A stretch of 64,000 nt of DNA from Candidatus Berkelbacteria bacterium RIFCSPLOWO2_01_FULL_50_28 (GTDB lineage Bacteria > Patescibacteriota > UBA1384 > 2-12-FULL-50-11): contig MEZX01000002.1 in assembly GCA_001774395.1 (NCBI GenBank), forward strand, positions 402,108 to 466,107, in the 5' to 3' direction. The notes under the pieces were generated by a model that saw only the letters and a program-made list of their open reading frames with translations, did not search any database and had not been told where the DNA came from. Each line of letters opens with the position of its first letter. The first letter of the stretch is position 1. The translations under genes were made by a program, and so were the position numbers. Positions 9,972 through 19,346 of this stretch are shown here, piece by piece.

Positions 9972-11171
9972 TTGTACAAAGATATAATGGGTGTAGCAAT
10001 GAAGGAGTTAACACGAGATTTGTTATCGGTTGGGGTCGCAGAGCTTATCGATAAGACGAGCCTGGCAAAACGTTTAGCGAGCGGCAAGAAATTGATCGTT
10101 AAGTTTGGCGTCGATCCGACCAAACCCGACCTTCACTTCGGTCACGCGCTCAATCTTCACAAGCTACGACAGTTCCAAGAGCTTGGCCACGAGACGATCC
10201 TACTGATCGGTGATTTTACGACTAAAATCGGTGACCCTTCCGGTCGCAATAGCGCCCGACCAATTTTGACCGATCGTGAGATTAAATCCAATCTCAAAAC
10301 CTATATTGAGCAAGCTAAACTAATTATTGATCCTAAAAAGACGAAGATTCGCTTTAACTCAGAGTGGCTCTCTAAGTACTCTTACGCTGATTTTATTCAA
10401 GTGGCCATGCAAATTAGCGTTCAAACACTGCTCGAGCGAGAGGATTTTTCCGCTAGGATGACAGGCGGTCACTCCTTGGCACTTCATGAGCTTTTTTACC
10501 CAGTTACTCAGGCCATCGACTCGGTGGTCATGAAGGCCGATGTGGAGATCGGTGGCTGGGATCAGCGTCTAAATATGCTGATGGGTCGTGAACTCCAGAA
10601 AAAGTCTGGCCAATTGCCTCAAGAAGTTGTGGCGATGAAAGCCTTGATTGGCTTAGACGGTGAGCAAAAGATGAGCAAATCTCTGGGTAATTACGTGGGG
10701 TTAGCCGAATCACCAGATCAAATGTTTGGCAAACTAATGAGTATTCCCGATAATCTTACGGACCAATACGCAGATTTAGTAGCATTTCTCGATCCAAACG
10801 AAATTAAAACCCTTCCAGAGCATCCACGAGACCGCAAACAGGAAGTTGCTAAGAAGATTATCGAACGTTATCATGGCGTCTCGGCGGCCAACCAAGCAGC
10901 GGAATCATTTAAAGAAACGTTCCAAAATCGCCGGGTGACCGATAATATCGCCGCCGAGCAGAGTTATAGCGAAGGAAAGGTGGCATTGATTCAAGCGGTT
11001 GTTGACGCAGTTGGGTGTAGCCGTTCGCACGCGGTGCGGTTAGTAGAGCAGGGGGCGATTGAATTAGATGGCGAGCGTCAGACAAGCCCAACCGAACAAA
11101 TCGAACTCAGTAAGCAACGGTTGCTGAAGGTTGGTAAGCACACTTTTCGCCGCCTATCACGCCGACGTTAA
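9972..11171 (+). CDS. tyrS: tyrosyl-tRNA synthetase
   Basis: Class I HIGH (HFGH) and KMSKS motifs, with an S4-like C-terminus. The true start may be the internal Met at MKELT (about 10008). Confidence 0.85.
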   Translation: MYKDIMGVAMKELTRDLLSVGVAELIDKTSLAKRLASGKKLIVKFGVDPTKPDLHFGHALNLHKLRQFQELGHETILLIGDFTTKIGDPSGRNSARPILTDREIKSNLKTYIEQAKLIIDPKKTKIRFNSEWLSKYSYADFIQVAMQISVQTLLEREDFSARMTGGHSLALHELFYPVTQAIDSVVMKADVEIGGWDQRLNMLMGRELQKKSGQLPQEVVAMKALIGLDGEQKMSKSLGNYVGLAESPDQMFGKLMSIPDNLTDQYADLVAFLDPNEIKTLPEHPRDRKQEVAKKIIERYHGVSAANQAAESFKETFQNRRVTDNIAAEQSYSEGKVALIQAVVDAVGCSRSHAVRLVEQGAIELDGERQTSPTEQIELSKQRLLKVGKHTFRRLSRRR

Positions 11172-11206
11172 TTGCTTAATTCGGCTAATTTTTCCACAAT
11201 ATAAAT

Positions 11207-11746
11207 ATGAAGAAAGGTTTTACTCTTTTAGAGGCGTTGGTGGTGGTGGCTATAATTGGCATCTTAGCCAGCTTATCGATGTATGTATTTACTCAGGCCA
11301 GACGCGCCGCGCGCGATACGATCAGGAAATCTGATCTGACGTCGTTAAGTATTGCCTTTCGGGCTCGGCACGACGTCAAAACTTGCGATGACTTAAGCGA
11401 CATCGGTTACTATCCTGGCCGGCCGATATTTGGTGGCAACCTCTCCCAGTGGCTACCGGTGACCGATCTTACCAACAACGTCAACGACTGCGGCGCTTTT
11501 AGCGAATTTATGACCACAATTCCGACCGATCCTACCCAAGGCGCAACCCATCCCTACGTCTTTAACCTATCTCAACAGCCACCAACAGGTGTAATTAAAG
11601 CCAAACACTTTAGGATTACTGCTCGTCTGGAGAAGACGTCCTCTTCCCAAGAGCTCGACGATTTTGCTAGAATGAGTACGATTTGGGTCAGTACCTACGG
11701 CGGCGTGTCTTACCCGGAAGGGTATAATTTCGTTATTGGCGACTAA
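11207..11746 (+). CDS. type IV pilin-like protein (prepilin N-terminal methylation domain)
   Basis: MKKGFTLLEALVVVAIIGILASL class III signal: G|FTLLE with Glu at +5. Confidence 0.7.
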   Translation: MKKGFTLLEALVVVAIIGILASLSMYVFTQARRAARDTIRKSDLTSLSIAFRARHDVKTCDDLSDIGYYPGRPIFGGNLSQWLPVTDLTNNVNDCGAFSEFMTTIPTDPTQGATHPYVFNLSQQPPTGVIKAKHFRITARLEKTSSSQELDDFARMSTIWVSTYGGVSYPEGYNFVIGD

Positions 11747-11845
11747 CCGCTACCTAAGTCACCAGCAGTTGCATAATTATAGGAGTATTAGTAGAAGTAA
11801 AATGGGTTTTGAATTCGGAATATCGTTTGTGAATGGAGGTATGAG

Positions 11846-13444
11846 ATGATTTTTGGTGAGCTTCATCAAACTATACGTCAGGCGTATCGGAAAGCTTTTA
11901 GCGCCGAACCGCCACGTTTTGTAATTGAGCCGGCCCGTCACAAAATGTTCGGCGATTTTTCGTCGAACGTTGCCTTGCTCTGTGCTGCCCAACAAGGCGG
12001 TTCGGCGGTAGCGATCGCTCAAAAAATAGTCCAAGAGCTAGAAGGCTCAAAAATTTTTCGTAACGTCTCGGTAACTACGCCAGGATTCATTAATTTTACG
12101 ATTACCGATAGCCATCTTTTGGAAGTAGTGGGCGAGATAATCCGTTATCCGGAAGCTTTTGGACGTAGTGATTTGGGCAAGGAAATTCGCGTCTTAATCG
12201 AGTTTGTCTCTGCTAATCCAACGGGTCCGCTGACGTTATCTAACGGACGGGAAGCGTTTGTTGGTGAAACAATTGCCCGAGTCCTGGAGCTCTACGGCTG
12301 TGCTGTGGCTCGCGAGTATTTCGTCAGCGATCGTGGCGACCAGATAACTTCTTTGGGGCACGCTGTGCTTAAAGACAAGCCATCAGAGTTTAAGGGTGCT
12401 TATATCAACGAACTATCTAAGCGGATTAAAGAAACCAAGCCAGACGAAGCGGGCGGCAAAGCCGCAGTGATGATTCTCGAGGAGTCGATAAAGCCCACGT
12501 TGAAAAAAGCTGGGATCGATTTTCGTCAGTTCTTTTCGGAAAGGTCACTTTACCAAACGGGGGTATTCAAGCGGACCCTAGAGCTACTGAAGGTTAAGGG
12601 GCTTGTTTACGAAGCCGAAGGAGCAACTTGGCTCTCAACAACCAGATACGGCGACAGCGAAGATCGGGTACTCATCTCGGCCGCTGGCGTGGAGACCTAT
12701 TTTGCTTCTGACATTGCCTACCATTCCTTCAAACTGCAACGCGGTTACCACCGGCTGATAAATGTGTCGGGCGTCGAGGGCGCAACTTTTAGCAAGCAGT
12801 TGAATTTAGTGCTTGAGGGAGTTCTTCGAGGGGAGTACACCTGGGGTGGCCAAGTTGATTGGGCAATCACACAGCCGGTGAGCTTGGTGCAAAAGGGCCA
12901 AGCGGTCAAGCCGTCAAAACTTACCGGAACATATCTGACCCTACAAGAGGTTATCGAGGCGGTGGGATTAGATGTGGCGCGGTTTTTCTTAATCAGTCGC
13001 GATATCACGACGCCGCTAGAAATCGACCTAGACGTCGCGAAATCAAATTCGTTAAGCAACCCGGTATTTTATCTTCAATACGCTTACGCTCGCATATCTT
13101 CAATCTTCCGTGAGTACTCAAAAAATGGAGAGTTTGCCGTTCCCGAAACAATTGTCCTGACGCATCCAATTGAGCGACAGCTGTTACTGAGAATTTTGCA
13201 GTTTCCCGATTTAGTGGAAGAAGTTGTTGGAGATCTCATGGTGCACAAGTTGGCCAACTACGCCACCTTGCTGGCAACCGATCTCCACTCGTTCTATGAG
13301 AATTTGAAGATTGTCGGTGAACGGCCGGAGGTGACGCTGTCGCGTTTGGCAATCCTGAAGGCATCAAGTATTACGCTGAAGCGGGTGTTGGATCTTACCG
13401 GCATTAGCGCTCCATCGCGGATGATGCGCTCTCCTAAAGCTTGA
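11846..13444 (+). CDS. argS: arginyl-tRNA synthetase
   Basis: Class I catalytic core (ANPTGPLTLSNGR). 532 aa. DALR anticodon-binding-like C-terminus. Confidence 0.85.
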   Translation: MIFGELHQTIRQAYRKAFSAEPPRFVIEPARHKMFGDFSSNVALLCAAQQGGSAVAIAQKIVQELEGSKIFRNVSVTTPGFINFTITDSHLLEVVGEIIRYPEAFGRSDLGKEIRVLIEFVSANPTGPLTLSNGREAFVGETIARVLELYGCAVAREYFVSDRGDQITSLGHAVLKDKPSEFKGAYINELSKRIKETKPDEAGGKAAVMILEESIKPTLKKAGIDFRQFFSERSLYQTGVFKRTLELLKVKGLVYEAEGATWLSTTRYGDSEDRVLISAAGVETYFASDIAYHSFKLQRGYHRLINVSGVEGATFSKQLNLVLEGVLRGEYTWGGQVDWAITQPVSLVQKGQAVKPSKLTGTYLTLQEVIEAVGLDVARFFLISRDITTPLEIDLDVAKSNSLSNPVFYLQYAYARISSIFREYSKNGEFAVPETIVLTHPIERQLLLRILQFPDLVEEVVGDLMVHKLANYATLLATDLHSFYENLKIVGERPEVTLSRLAILKASSITLKRVLDLTGISAPSRMMRSPKA

Positions 13445-15275
13445 AGTTAAAACTGAACAGTTGTTTATCGCTGGTGAACCAAAGCGTACTATTGGCTTTC
13501 CACGCAATCTCGTCGATCGGCTCGTCGAGGGCAAGATAGAATGTTTTGATAATTTTGTTGTGGCGCAGAACCAGAATTGTCCTCCCGTTACTGACATAAA
13601 TATCGGTCGTGGTTTGGTCGGCCGTCAGACGTGATCTTGATGAGGCGTTTTTTATTTTGGCGTTGACGCTTCCGGATTGATTGTAGCGAAAGCTCTTTAT
13701 ACTGCCCGATTGTTCGAGGACGATCACCTCCCCGTTTATTGCCCAAGCAACGATCTTTTTCAGACCTAGCGTTGAGGCGTTCGAATATGAAGTGAGCGTA
13801 TTCAAACTCTTAATGAATTTCGCGGCTTTGAAGATATTGCCGGTCGGAACGTCCAGTAGGTATAAATTGTCGGCAAAATTCAACAGTAACTTTTTTCCAT
13901 TTGGCACACTCTGCGGCATCAACAAGGCGCGCGGCGTGATAGATTTTTTCTTCTTTAACCAAACGTTGCCGCTACTGTCGCCGAGAACCAGATCCTCGCC
14001 AAACCAGACAGCGCTCGTGCCACCGGTGATGTTTCGATTAAGCTCAATTTTTGCTAACAGTTTGTCTTTGTAACGCCAGACCGTTCCGCTTTGATCGATT
14101 AAAGTTAGTTGATCTTTTGTGGCACTCAATGAAACTGCGCTCGACGCCAGCTCGGCGGTCGGATCGCCTGGCTCAATCAAGGTGATTTTTGCTTCCGCCA
14201 GGGCCTTACTGAGCGACTTTTTTTCTACCTGGTCCAGTTTTTCGTAGCCAGCGACGGAGAAACGCTTCTCGAAATCTACTAAGCGACTTTCTTTTGGACT
14301 ATCTTGAGTAAAATCCAACAGGGTCTTGGGCGCAGGACCGGTATCCAGACTTTTCTTCAATCGTTTTTCAACGAGTACTACCCCAAAGATGATAGCTACG
14401 ACGAGGGCTAGGGCTGGTAGGGCAGTGAACCACTTCCAACCCAGGCGCAGACGAATGGACGGAGTCTTGGGCGGTCGGATTGTGCCCACTTTTAGCCAGT
14501 AACGACGAGTTATCGGTTCGGCCCGATGCAAGAGAAGCCGTAGTTTAGCCAGTATGGGCGAAATTTTGAAAGAAATTGGGGGGATTCGTAACTGTTTTGA
14601 AGCTTGTCGAACAACCGGCAGAAAAGATCGCTGATCTGGATTATTACTCGGAGAGAGTAGACAGCCCGATACCAACTCAAAGGAGCTGACAGGGAGGCTC
14701 TCTAGTCCAGCGAGTAAGGCGTCAGTGTTGCCGGAAGGGCGCCAAACCGAAGCGGGCAATTCGTCTATGAGGTCCTCTAAGTCTTGGGACCCAACAATTA
14801 GCCAGTCATCTTTGATAATTTTACCGCTGGAGATAGCGGTGAACTGGATTTTCCGCTTAGAAGTTGGCTTGAAAATTACATTTACTTTGCCATCGCGACA
14901 GAGCAGCGCTCGGCATTCCCCGGCGGCGGAAAAGTGGACAGTTTCGCCCTCCAAGACAGCCACAAAAATTGACAGCTCGGCGTCGGGCTTGTTGGCCAAA
15001 CTATCAAGAAGCCCGTTCGCCGATTTGAGTGCGGTCTCAAAACGGGTGGAGCTCGACAGACCTTCGTTGCGTGAAAGATCGGTTTCGATCTTGTGGATAG
15101 CGGCCGCCACTTCTTCTCTCTCAGCCAACGGCAAGCCGACAATATCGAGGTAAGTGATCAAACCTCTCATAACCGTTGTTCGGGGAATTATTTCAACTTT
15201 TGCTACGACCGTTCTGTCGTTAGAGCCGGTCGGGCCGGGAAGCAAGATAAAGCTGTAGGGGAGTTGTTGATGCAT
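13434..15275 (-). CDS. hypothetical membrane protein with an N-terminal PP2C/SpoIIE-like phosphatase-like region, one TM, and a C-terminal repeat-rich (beta-propeller-like) extracytoplasmic domain
   Basis: AVLEGETVHFSAAGECRALLCRDGK and DDWLIVGSQDLEDLIDE resemble PP2C motifs. Central TM is LPALALVVAIIFGVVLV. The C-terminus has repeated SG-x-VW / GEV-x-VL segments. Confidence 0.3.
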   Translation of the reverse strand: MHQQLPYSFILLPGPTGSNDRTVVAKVEIIPRTTVMRGLITYLDIVGLPLAEREEVAAAIHKIETDLSRNEGLSSSTRFETALKSANGLLDSLANKPDAELSIFVAVLEGETVHFSAAGECRALLCRDGKVNVIFKPTSKRKIQFTAISSGKIIKDDWLIVGSQDLEDLIDELPASVWRPSGNTDALLAGLESLPVSSFELVSGCLLSPSNNPDQRSFLPVVRQASKQLRIPPISFKISPILAKLRLLLHRAEPITRRYWLKVGTIRPPKTPSIRLRLGWKWFTALPALALVVAIIFGVVLVEKRLKKSLDTGPAPKTLLDFTQDSPKESRLVDFEKRFSVAGYEKLDQVEKKSLSKALAEAKITLIEPGDPTAELASSAVSLSATKDQLTLIDQSGTVWRYKDKLLAKIELNRNITGGTSAVWFGEDLVLGDSSGNVWLKKKKSITPRALLMPQSVPNGKKLLLNFADNLYLLDVPTGNIFKAAKFIKSLNTLTSYSNASTLGLKKIVAWAINGEVIVLEQSGSIKSFRYNQSGSVNAKIKNASSRSRLTADQTTTDIYVSNGRTILVLRHNKIIKTFYLALDEPIDEIAWKANSTLWFTSDKQLFSFNFKL

Positions 15276-15326
15276 AGAAACTTCTTAGTTCCTTTTAACA
15301 CACTTACCCTTTCTAAGTAAAAATTG

Positions 15327-15399
15327 TCGGGGTGGCGGGACTTGAACCCACGGTCTCATGACCCCCAGCCATGCGCTTTACCAACTAAGCTACACCCCG
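15327..15399 (-). tRNA. tRNA-Pro (anticodon GGG)
   Basis: Hand-folded cloverleaf on the minus strand: acceptor CGGGGTG/CACCCCG, anticodon loop CTGGGGG, T-loop TTCAAGT. CCA is not encoded. Confidence 0.8.
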
Positions 15400-15444
15400 A
15401 TAAGTGTTAATTTTAGCTTTTGCCCGGGTTAAAACAAGTCAGCG

Positions 15445-16107
15445 CTATATTGAAAGAAAAAGTCGCGTCAGATACTCGGTTGCCGAGAGGAGATAATTTC
15501 CAAGAAAACCGATGACCAGGAAGATTGCCGCAAACAGAAAAAGGGGATTGGAGGCCAGCGCGTAATAGAGCCTCTCACTCATAAAAAGCCGCAAGATCCT
15601 CGAGCCGTCTAGCGGCGGAATGGGCAGAAGGTTGAAAAACATCAGGAAGAGATTGATCGAGATAGCAATAACTAGCATCCCCACGCCAACGTCTGGCAGA
15701 TGAGTAAATTTTAATACTAGTGCTAGGAGAAGGGCAAAGATGAAATTACTCATCGGACCGGCGATAGCCGTTTGCAAACCGTGCCAGCGCGGGTTTTCGA
15801 AGTTCGACTCGTTAATTGGCACCGGCTTGCCCCAACCAAAAATAGGCAGCGTTGCCAGCCCGAGGGTATTGAGGGCAATTAAAACAACAAGGATTGTTGT
15901 GCCGATCGGATCCCAGTGGGCAGCTGGATTAATAGTTAGCCGCCCTTCATGTTTAGCTGTCGGGTCGCCAAACAAGTTGGCAATAAAAGCGTGAGCGAAT
16001 TCATGAACAGACAAACTTATTAAGATTATCGCAATCAGCACGACCGTAAGTAACAGGCTGGACCCTTGAATAGCCATATTTTTCAGTATATGATTAATCA
16101 GTCGCAA
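15445..16107 (-). CDS. site-2 protease family membrane metalloprotease (peptidase M50)
   Basis: HEFAHAF (HExxH) within a TM helix; polytopic membrane protein. Confidence 0.7.
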   Translation of the reverse strand: MRLINHILKNMAIQGSSLLLTVVLIAIILISLSVHEFAHAFIANLFGDPTAKHEGRLTINPAAHWDPIGTTILVVLIALNTLGLATLPIFGWGKPVPINESNFENPRWHGLQTAIAGPMSNFIFALLLALVLKFTHLPDVGVGMLVIAISINLFLMFFNLLPIPPLDGSRILRLFMSERLYYALASNPLFLFAAIFLVIGFLGNYLLSATEYLTRLFLSI

Positions 16108-16126
16108 TTCAAGGCGATATTAAACA

Positions 16127-16306
16127 ATGAAAAAAATCGATTCCTGCCAGCTATGCGGAAAATCACCTCAGGTTAGTTATAACCGCCCTAAATCTTTGCA
16201 CCGGACTAGTCGTTTGGTAAAACCGAATTTACAGAAATTCGACGGCGTTTTGATCTGCTCACGCTGCCGAAGAACTTTGGCGAAGAAAACTCCAGCGAAA
16301 GCCTGA
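16127..16306 (+). CDS. rpmB: 50S ribosomal protein L28 (zinc-ribbon type), 59 aa - not in the ORF track
   Basis: Translation MKKIDSCQLCGKSPQVSYNRPKSLHRTSRLVKPNLQKF...CSRCRRTL matches the L28 pattern (CxxCGK...N..S....T.R...PNLQ) with a second CxxC pair. Confidence 0.75.
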   Translation: MKKIDSCQLCGKSPQVSYNRPKSLHRTSRLVKPNLQKFDGVLICSRCRRTLAKKTPAKA

Positions 16307-16444
16307 AGTTTTATTCGCAATCATCAAATAACCCAATCTCCGAATCACCGAAGGATTACTAAGTATCCGAATTTCCTAATAATCTATTCGATTATTAGAT
16401 TATTTGAAGATTAGATGATTATTTAATCGCTTTGCTGTTTAAAT

Positions 16445-16768
16445 TTAGACTGGTTGAAGAAACTTCTTTTCGAAACAATTTTTGCAGAAGATTTCTGTTT
16501 CCGGATTGTTGGGCTTGAACAGTACTTCACCTACCTGCTTGCACTGGGCGCAAGTAACCTTATAGTACTCAGCTTCAACTTTAGTCCGGTTTTTTAACCG
16601 ACAGTCCTTACAACGAGCTGGCTTGTTGGTGAAACCTTTTTTGGAGAAAAACTCCTGTTCACCGGCGGTCCAAGTGAACTCTGCTGTGCAGTCCTTGCAC
16701 TTCAATTTTTTGTCTTCAAAGATGGATGCCATCTGTTGGATGGTAACAGAGCGAGTAGCGAAAGACAA
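16445..16768 (-). CDS. zinc-ribbon domain protein (tandem CxxC...CxxC, zf-trcl-like)
   Basis: CKDCTAEFTWTAGEQEFFSKKGFTNKPARCKDCR followed by a second CAQC...CKNC unit. The start may be the internal Met (MASIFEDKK). Confidence 0.5.
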   Translation of the reverse strand: MSFATRSVTIQQMASIFEDKKLKCKDCTAEFTWTAGEQEFFSKKGFTNKPARCKDCRLKNRTKVEAEYYKVTCAQCKQVGEVLFKPNNPETEIFCKNCFEKKFLQPV

Positions 16769-16819
16769 GCACTAAAGTGGTCTGGCTACTGAGGCGGAAA
16801 ACGATTAATATTCCAAGCG

Positions 16820-17419
16820 ATGCTTGAAAGTAAAGCCTACCTTGTTAGAGAGACGCTGAATAACCTGCTGGCTCGGTTGAAGAGCGTGGCTCAGATCGAT
16901 CGGCTGACTATTGATGGTGCGACGATTAAAGTTGGTGAGCTACGTTTGATTATCGCGCAGGTTTCCCAACGGTCGTTGGGAGATAGGCGAGTGTTGATTA
17001 TAGAGCGAGCCGAAGAGCTAGACGAGATCTGTCAGAGTACTTTACTAAAACTGCTTGAAGAACCGAACGAATCGTTGGCGATTTTCTTGCTTGTCTCCAA
17101 CCCCTCAAAGCTTCTCCCGACGATTACTTCCCGGTTGCACCAACTCGACGCGGAAAGCTCTGCGGCCATCCTCCAGAACGGTGAACGGCTGCAATCGAGC
17201 CCGCAAGAATTAGAGAGGCAGCTGGCGGCCTGTTCGTCGCGTGAGACGTTAATCGAGTTACTATCTAGCGAGCTGGAGAGCCAGCGACACGAGCTGCTGA
17301 GTTCGTACAATGCTCAAGCGCCGCAGCGAATAGAGACTCTAACCAAGGTAATAACTCGGTTGAAAAATAACGCAAATTTGAAGCTGACAGTAGACTATCT
17401 GAGGTTAAACTGGCATTAA
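16820..17419 (+). CDS. holB: DNA polymerase III delta-prime-like clamp-loader subunit (short form, no Walker A)
   Basis: LIIERAEELDEICQSTLLKLLEEPNESLAIFLLVSNPSKLLPTITSR is the clamp-loader sensor/SRC-type motif. Confidence 0.6.
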   Translation: MLESKAYLVRETLNNLLARLKSVAQIDRLTIDGATIKVGELRLIIAQVSQRSLGDRRVLIIERAEELDEICQSTLLKLLEEPNESLAIFLLVSNPSKLLPTITSRLHQLDAESSAAILQNGERLQSSPQELERQLAACSSRETLIELLSSELESQRHELLSSYNAQAPQRIETLTKVITRLKNNANLKLTVDYLRLNWH

Positions 17420-17483
17420 TCGCTCGAAGCTGTAATAATTACCGCTCTTGCACTGGTTGGGCAGTTAATATAATAAGGAGACA

Positions 17484-18119
17484 ATGCTTGCTCAAATAAT
17501 TTTCTTTCTCGCCTTAGCCCTCCTCGTAGTTCTTATCCTTCGCCGCGCCAACTTGTCGGCGGCATGGATGGAACAGCTGGCATCTCTGGCAATACGGTTC
17601 GGCCAGTTACTAGTTAAATTCGGAGCAAAAACCGGCAACCTGGTCGCGCAACGCGCCCGTCGGGCAACTGGTTTCCAGCGTCTCGGGGACGATAGAGCCA
17701 AACCAGCCGAGGCAAAGATTCCCGCGAACGGTTTCTGGCAGGAAGAAAGTCTGGACGAAAAGCCAGAGCTCTTCTCCAATTTTGACGAAGGCGATGCTCT
17801 TTTCAAGGCTGAAAAATACCAAGAAGCAGAGCGTTTTTTCCTCAAGGCGGCCGCGGCCAAGCCGAGCGATCCGCGAATTTACGCCCGTCTTGGGGTGATC
17901 TATCTTCACGAGAAGAATTACAATGACGCGATCGAATCACTGAAAGTCGCGGTCAAGCTGGATAAGTACAATCCCGGCCGTCATTATAATTTGTCGCTCG
18001 CTTACTGGGGTAACAAGGACAAACAAAAGGCTATTGCCAGTGTTCGCGAAGCGATCTCACTCGACCCGGTGACAGCTAAATACCGCCAATTCCTTGAGCA
18101 ACTGCTCGAAAGCAAGTAA
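17484..18119 (+). CDS. TPR-repeat membrane-anchored protein
   Basis: N-terminal TM, then three or more TPR-like repeats (AEKYQEAERFFLKAAAAKPSDPRIYARLGVIYLHEKNYNDAIESLKVAVKLD). Confidence 0.6.
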   Translation: MLAQIIFFLALALLVVLILRRANLSAAWMEQLASLAIRFGQLLVKFGAKTGNLVAQRARRATGFQRLGDDRAKPAEAKIPANGFWQEESLDEKPELFSNFDEGDALFKAEKYQEAERFFLKAAAAKPSDPRIYARLGVIYLHEKNYNDAIESLKVAVKLDKYNPGRHYNLSLAYWGNKDKQKAIASVREAISLDPVTAKYRQFLEQLLESK

Positions 18120-18214
18120 GGCCTTCGGGCAGCGAACGGCTCGCAACGACTTTGTCGTTGCTAACGGCTGTCAGCTTTCAGCTAGTTCCGGGGCGTGATC
18201 TAATTTGCCGAGAG

Positions 18215-18243
18215 TTGATAGCTGTCAAATCAAGAGCTAAAAT
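18215..18243 (+). promoter_or_regulatory. putative sigma70-type promoter for the tRNA array (TTGATA-17-TAAAAT)
   Basis: TTGATA at 18215-18220, a 17-nt spacer, TAAAAT at 18238-18243, about 55 nt upstream of tRNA-Thr. Confidence 0.4.
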
Positions 18244-18297
18244 GACAGCTTTCGGCTAGATTGCCTAGACAAAGAATGGTAAAATTTGATGGTTAAT

Positions 18298-18369
18298 GCC
18301 GCCTTAGCTCAGTGGTAGAGCAGTTGCTTTGTAAGCATCAGGTCGTCGGTCCGAATCCGACAGGCGGCT
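18298..18369 (+). tRNA. tRNA-Thr (anticodon UGU)
   Basis: Acceptor GCCGCCT/AGGCGGC, D-arm GCTCAGTGGTAGAGC, anticodon loop TTTGTAA, T-arm GTCGG-TCCGAAT-CCGAC. One U-U mismatch in the anticodon stem. Confidence 0.8.
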
Positions 18370-18392
18370 CGGCACATTATTATGGAAGATTT

Positions 18393-18475
18393 GCTGGGGT
18401 ACTCAAGTGGTCAACGAGGGCAGACTGTAAATCTGCTGGCTCCGGCCTTCGTAGGTTCGAATCCTACCCCCAGCA
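18393..18475 (+). tRNA. tRNA-Tyr (anticodon GUA) with long variable arm
   Basis: Acceptor GCTGGGG/CCCCAGC, anticodon loop CTGTAAA, 14-nt variable arm, T-arm GTAGG-TTCGAAT-CCTAC. Confidence 0.8.
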
Positions 18476-18477
18476 CT

Positions 18478-18511
18478 AATTCCAGTTTGGCACTTGTGCC
18501 AATGTGGAATT
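18478..18511. repeat. 34-bp near-perfect palindrome immediately 3' of tRNA-Tyr
   Basis: AATTCCAGTTTGGCACTTGTGCCAATGTGGAATT: 7-bp outer and 5-bp inner arms, no U-tract. Confidence 0.6.
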
Positions 18512-18633
18512 AGTATTGAGGGTCGAACCGCTGCCGCAAGGCAGGAGGTGCGCTAGCGACGAAGCGCAAGCGAAGGAGCTTTCCGGAGCCCGAAGGGCGG
18601 AGGCTTCCTACCCTCAGCACTTCTTGACCACCA

Positions 18634-18663
18634 TTGACTACCAATAGAGCTTCGTACTAATAT
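18634..18663 (+). promoter_or_regulatory. putative promoter of the homing-endonuclease-like gene (TTGACT-18-TAATAT)
   Basis: TTGACT at 18634-18639 and TAATAT at 18658-18663, 18 nt upstream of the ATG. Confidence 0.4.
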
Positions 18664-18680
18664 GTAGTAGGGTAACCAAT

Positions 18681-19340
18681 ATGATCCCAGAAGACTTACT
18701 AAAAGATCTCTACTACTCCAAGCGGAAGTCCTCCTTTGAGATTGGCGAGAGTCTTGGCTGTTCAGTACATAAAGTGAATTACTGGATGGACAAGTTTCAA
18801 CTAGTGCGTCGTTCTCAATCGGAAGCAACTTATGTAAAGAAAAACCCGAACGGGGATCCTTTTGTACTGCGTAAGCCTGGTTCAGTAGATGAGGGCGTCT
18901 TATATGGACTCGGACTAGGACTCTATTGGGGGGAGGGGACAAAAGCGTCAACCTGTGCGATCAGGCTTGGGAACACCGACCCAGAATTGTTAGCGCAGTT
19001 CATTAACTTTTTGTGTCACTTTTATTCCCTGAAAAAGGATACTTTACATTTTAGTCTTCAGCTCTTCCACGACAATAATGTCAACGAATCATTGGATTTT
19101 TGGTGTAAATCACTTAGAATTGATAGGAGGCAATTCTCGAAGCCTGTTTTCTCGCCCTCCCAGTCAAAGGGGACTTATAAACGGAAGGCGCGGTATGGTG
19201 TGGTTACGGTACAATTCAATAACACCAAGCTTCGTAAGATTATTTCTCAACAGCTTGCCAAGATAGCTCAGTTGGTAGAGCACGTCATTGGTAATGACGA
19301 GGTCACGGGTTCGATCCCCGTTCTTGGCTCAGAAAGGTAA
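18681..19340 (+). CDS. LAGLIDADG-like homing endonuclease-like protein with N-terminal HTH; ORF reads through into tRNA-Thr(GGU)
   Basis: The N-terminal SSFEIGESLGCSVHKVNYWMDKF is HTH-like. There is a single LYGLGLGLYWGEGTK motif followed by a DPELLAQFINFL helix. The last 25 codons are the tRNA-Thr sequence itself. Confidence 0.45.
   Translation: MIPEDLLKDLYYSKRKSSFEIGESLGCSVHKVNYWMDKFQLVRRSQSEATYVKKNPNGDPFVLRKPGSVDEGVLYGLGLGLYWGEGTKASTCAIRLGNTDPELLAQFINFLCHFYSLKKDTLHFSLQLFHDNNVNESLDFWCKSLRIDRRQFSKPVFSPSQSKGTYKRKARYGVVTVQFNNTKLRKIISQQLAKIAQLVEHVIGNDEVTGSIPVLGSER
19257..19329 (+). tRNA. tRNA-Thr (anticodon GGU)
   Basis: Acceptor GCCAAGA/TCTTGGC, anticodon loop TTGGTAA, T-arm ACGGG-TTCGATC-CCCGT. 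Confidence 0.8.
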
Positions 19341-19346
19341 AATTAA

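Noticed and set aside
18476-18680. Possible ncRNA (RNase P, tmRNA, or group I intron core) in the GC-rich spacer after tRNA-Tyr
   Set aside because: By eye I found none of the conserved RNase P (GGAAAGUCCGG, AGGGUGAAA) or tmRNA (tRNA-like ends) signatures, and no clear P4/P7 pairing. It is kept only as part of the tRNA-array finding, pending an Infernal scan.
18553-18951. 132-aa minus-strand ORF overlapping the tRNA-Tyr downstream region and the homing-endonuclease-like gene
   Set aside because: It is antisense to a better-supported plus-strand gene and spans the GC-rich structured spacer. No motifs.
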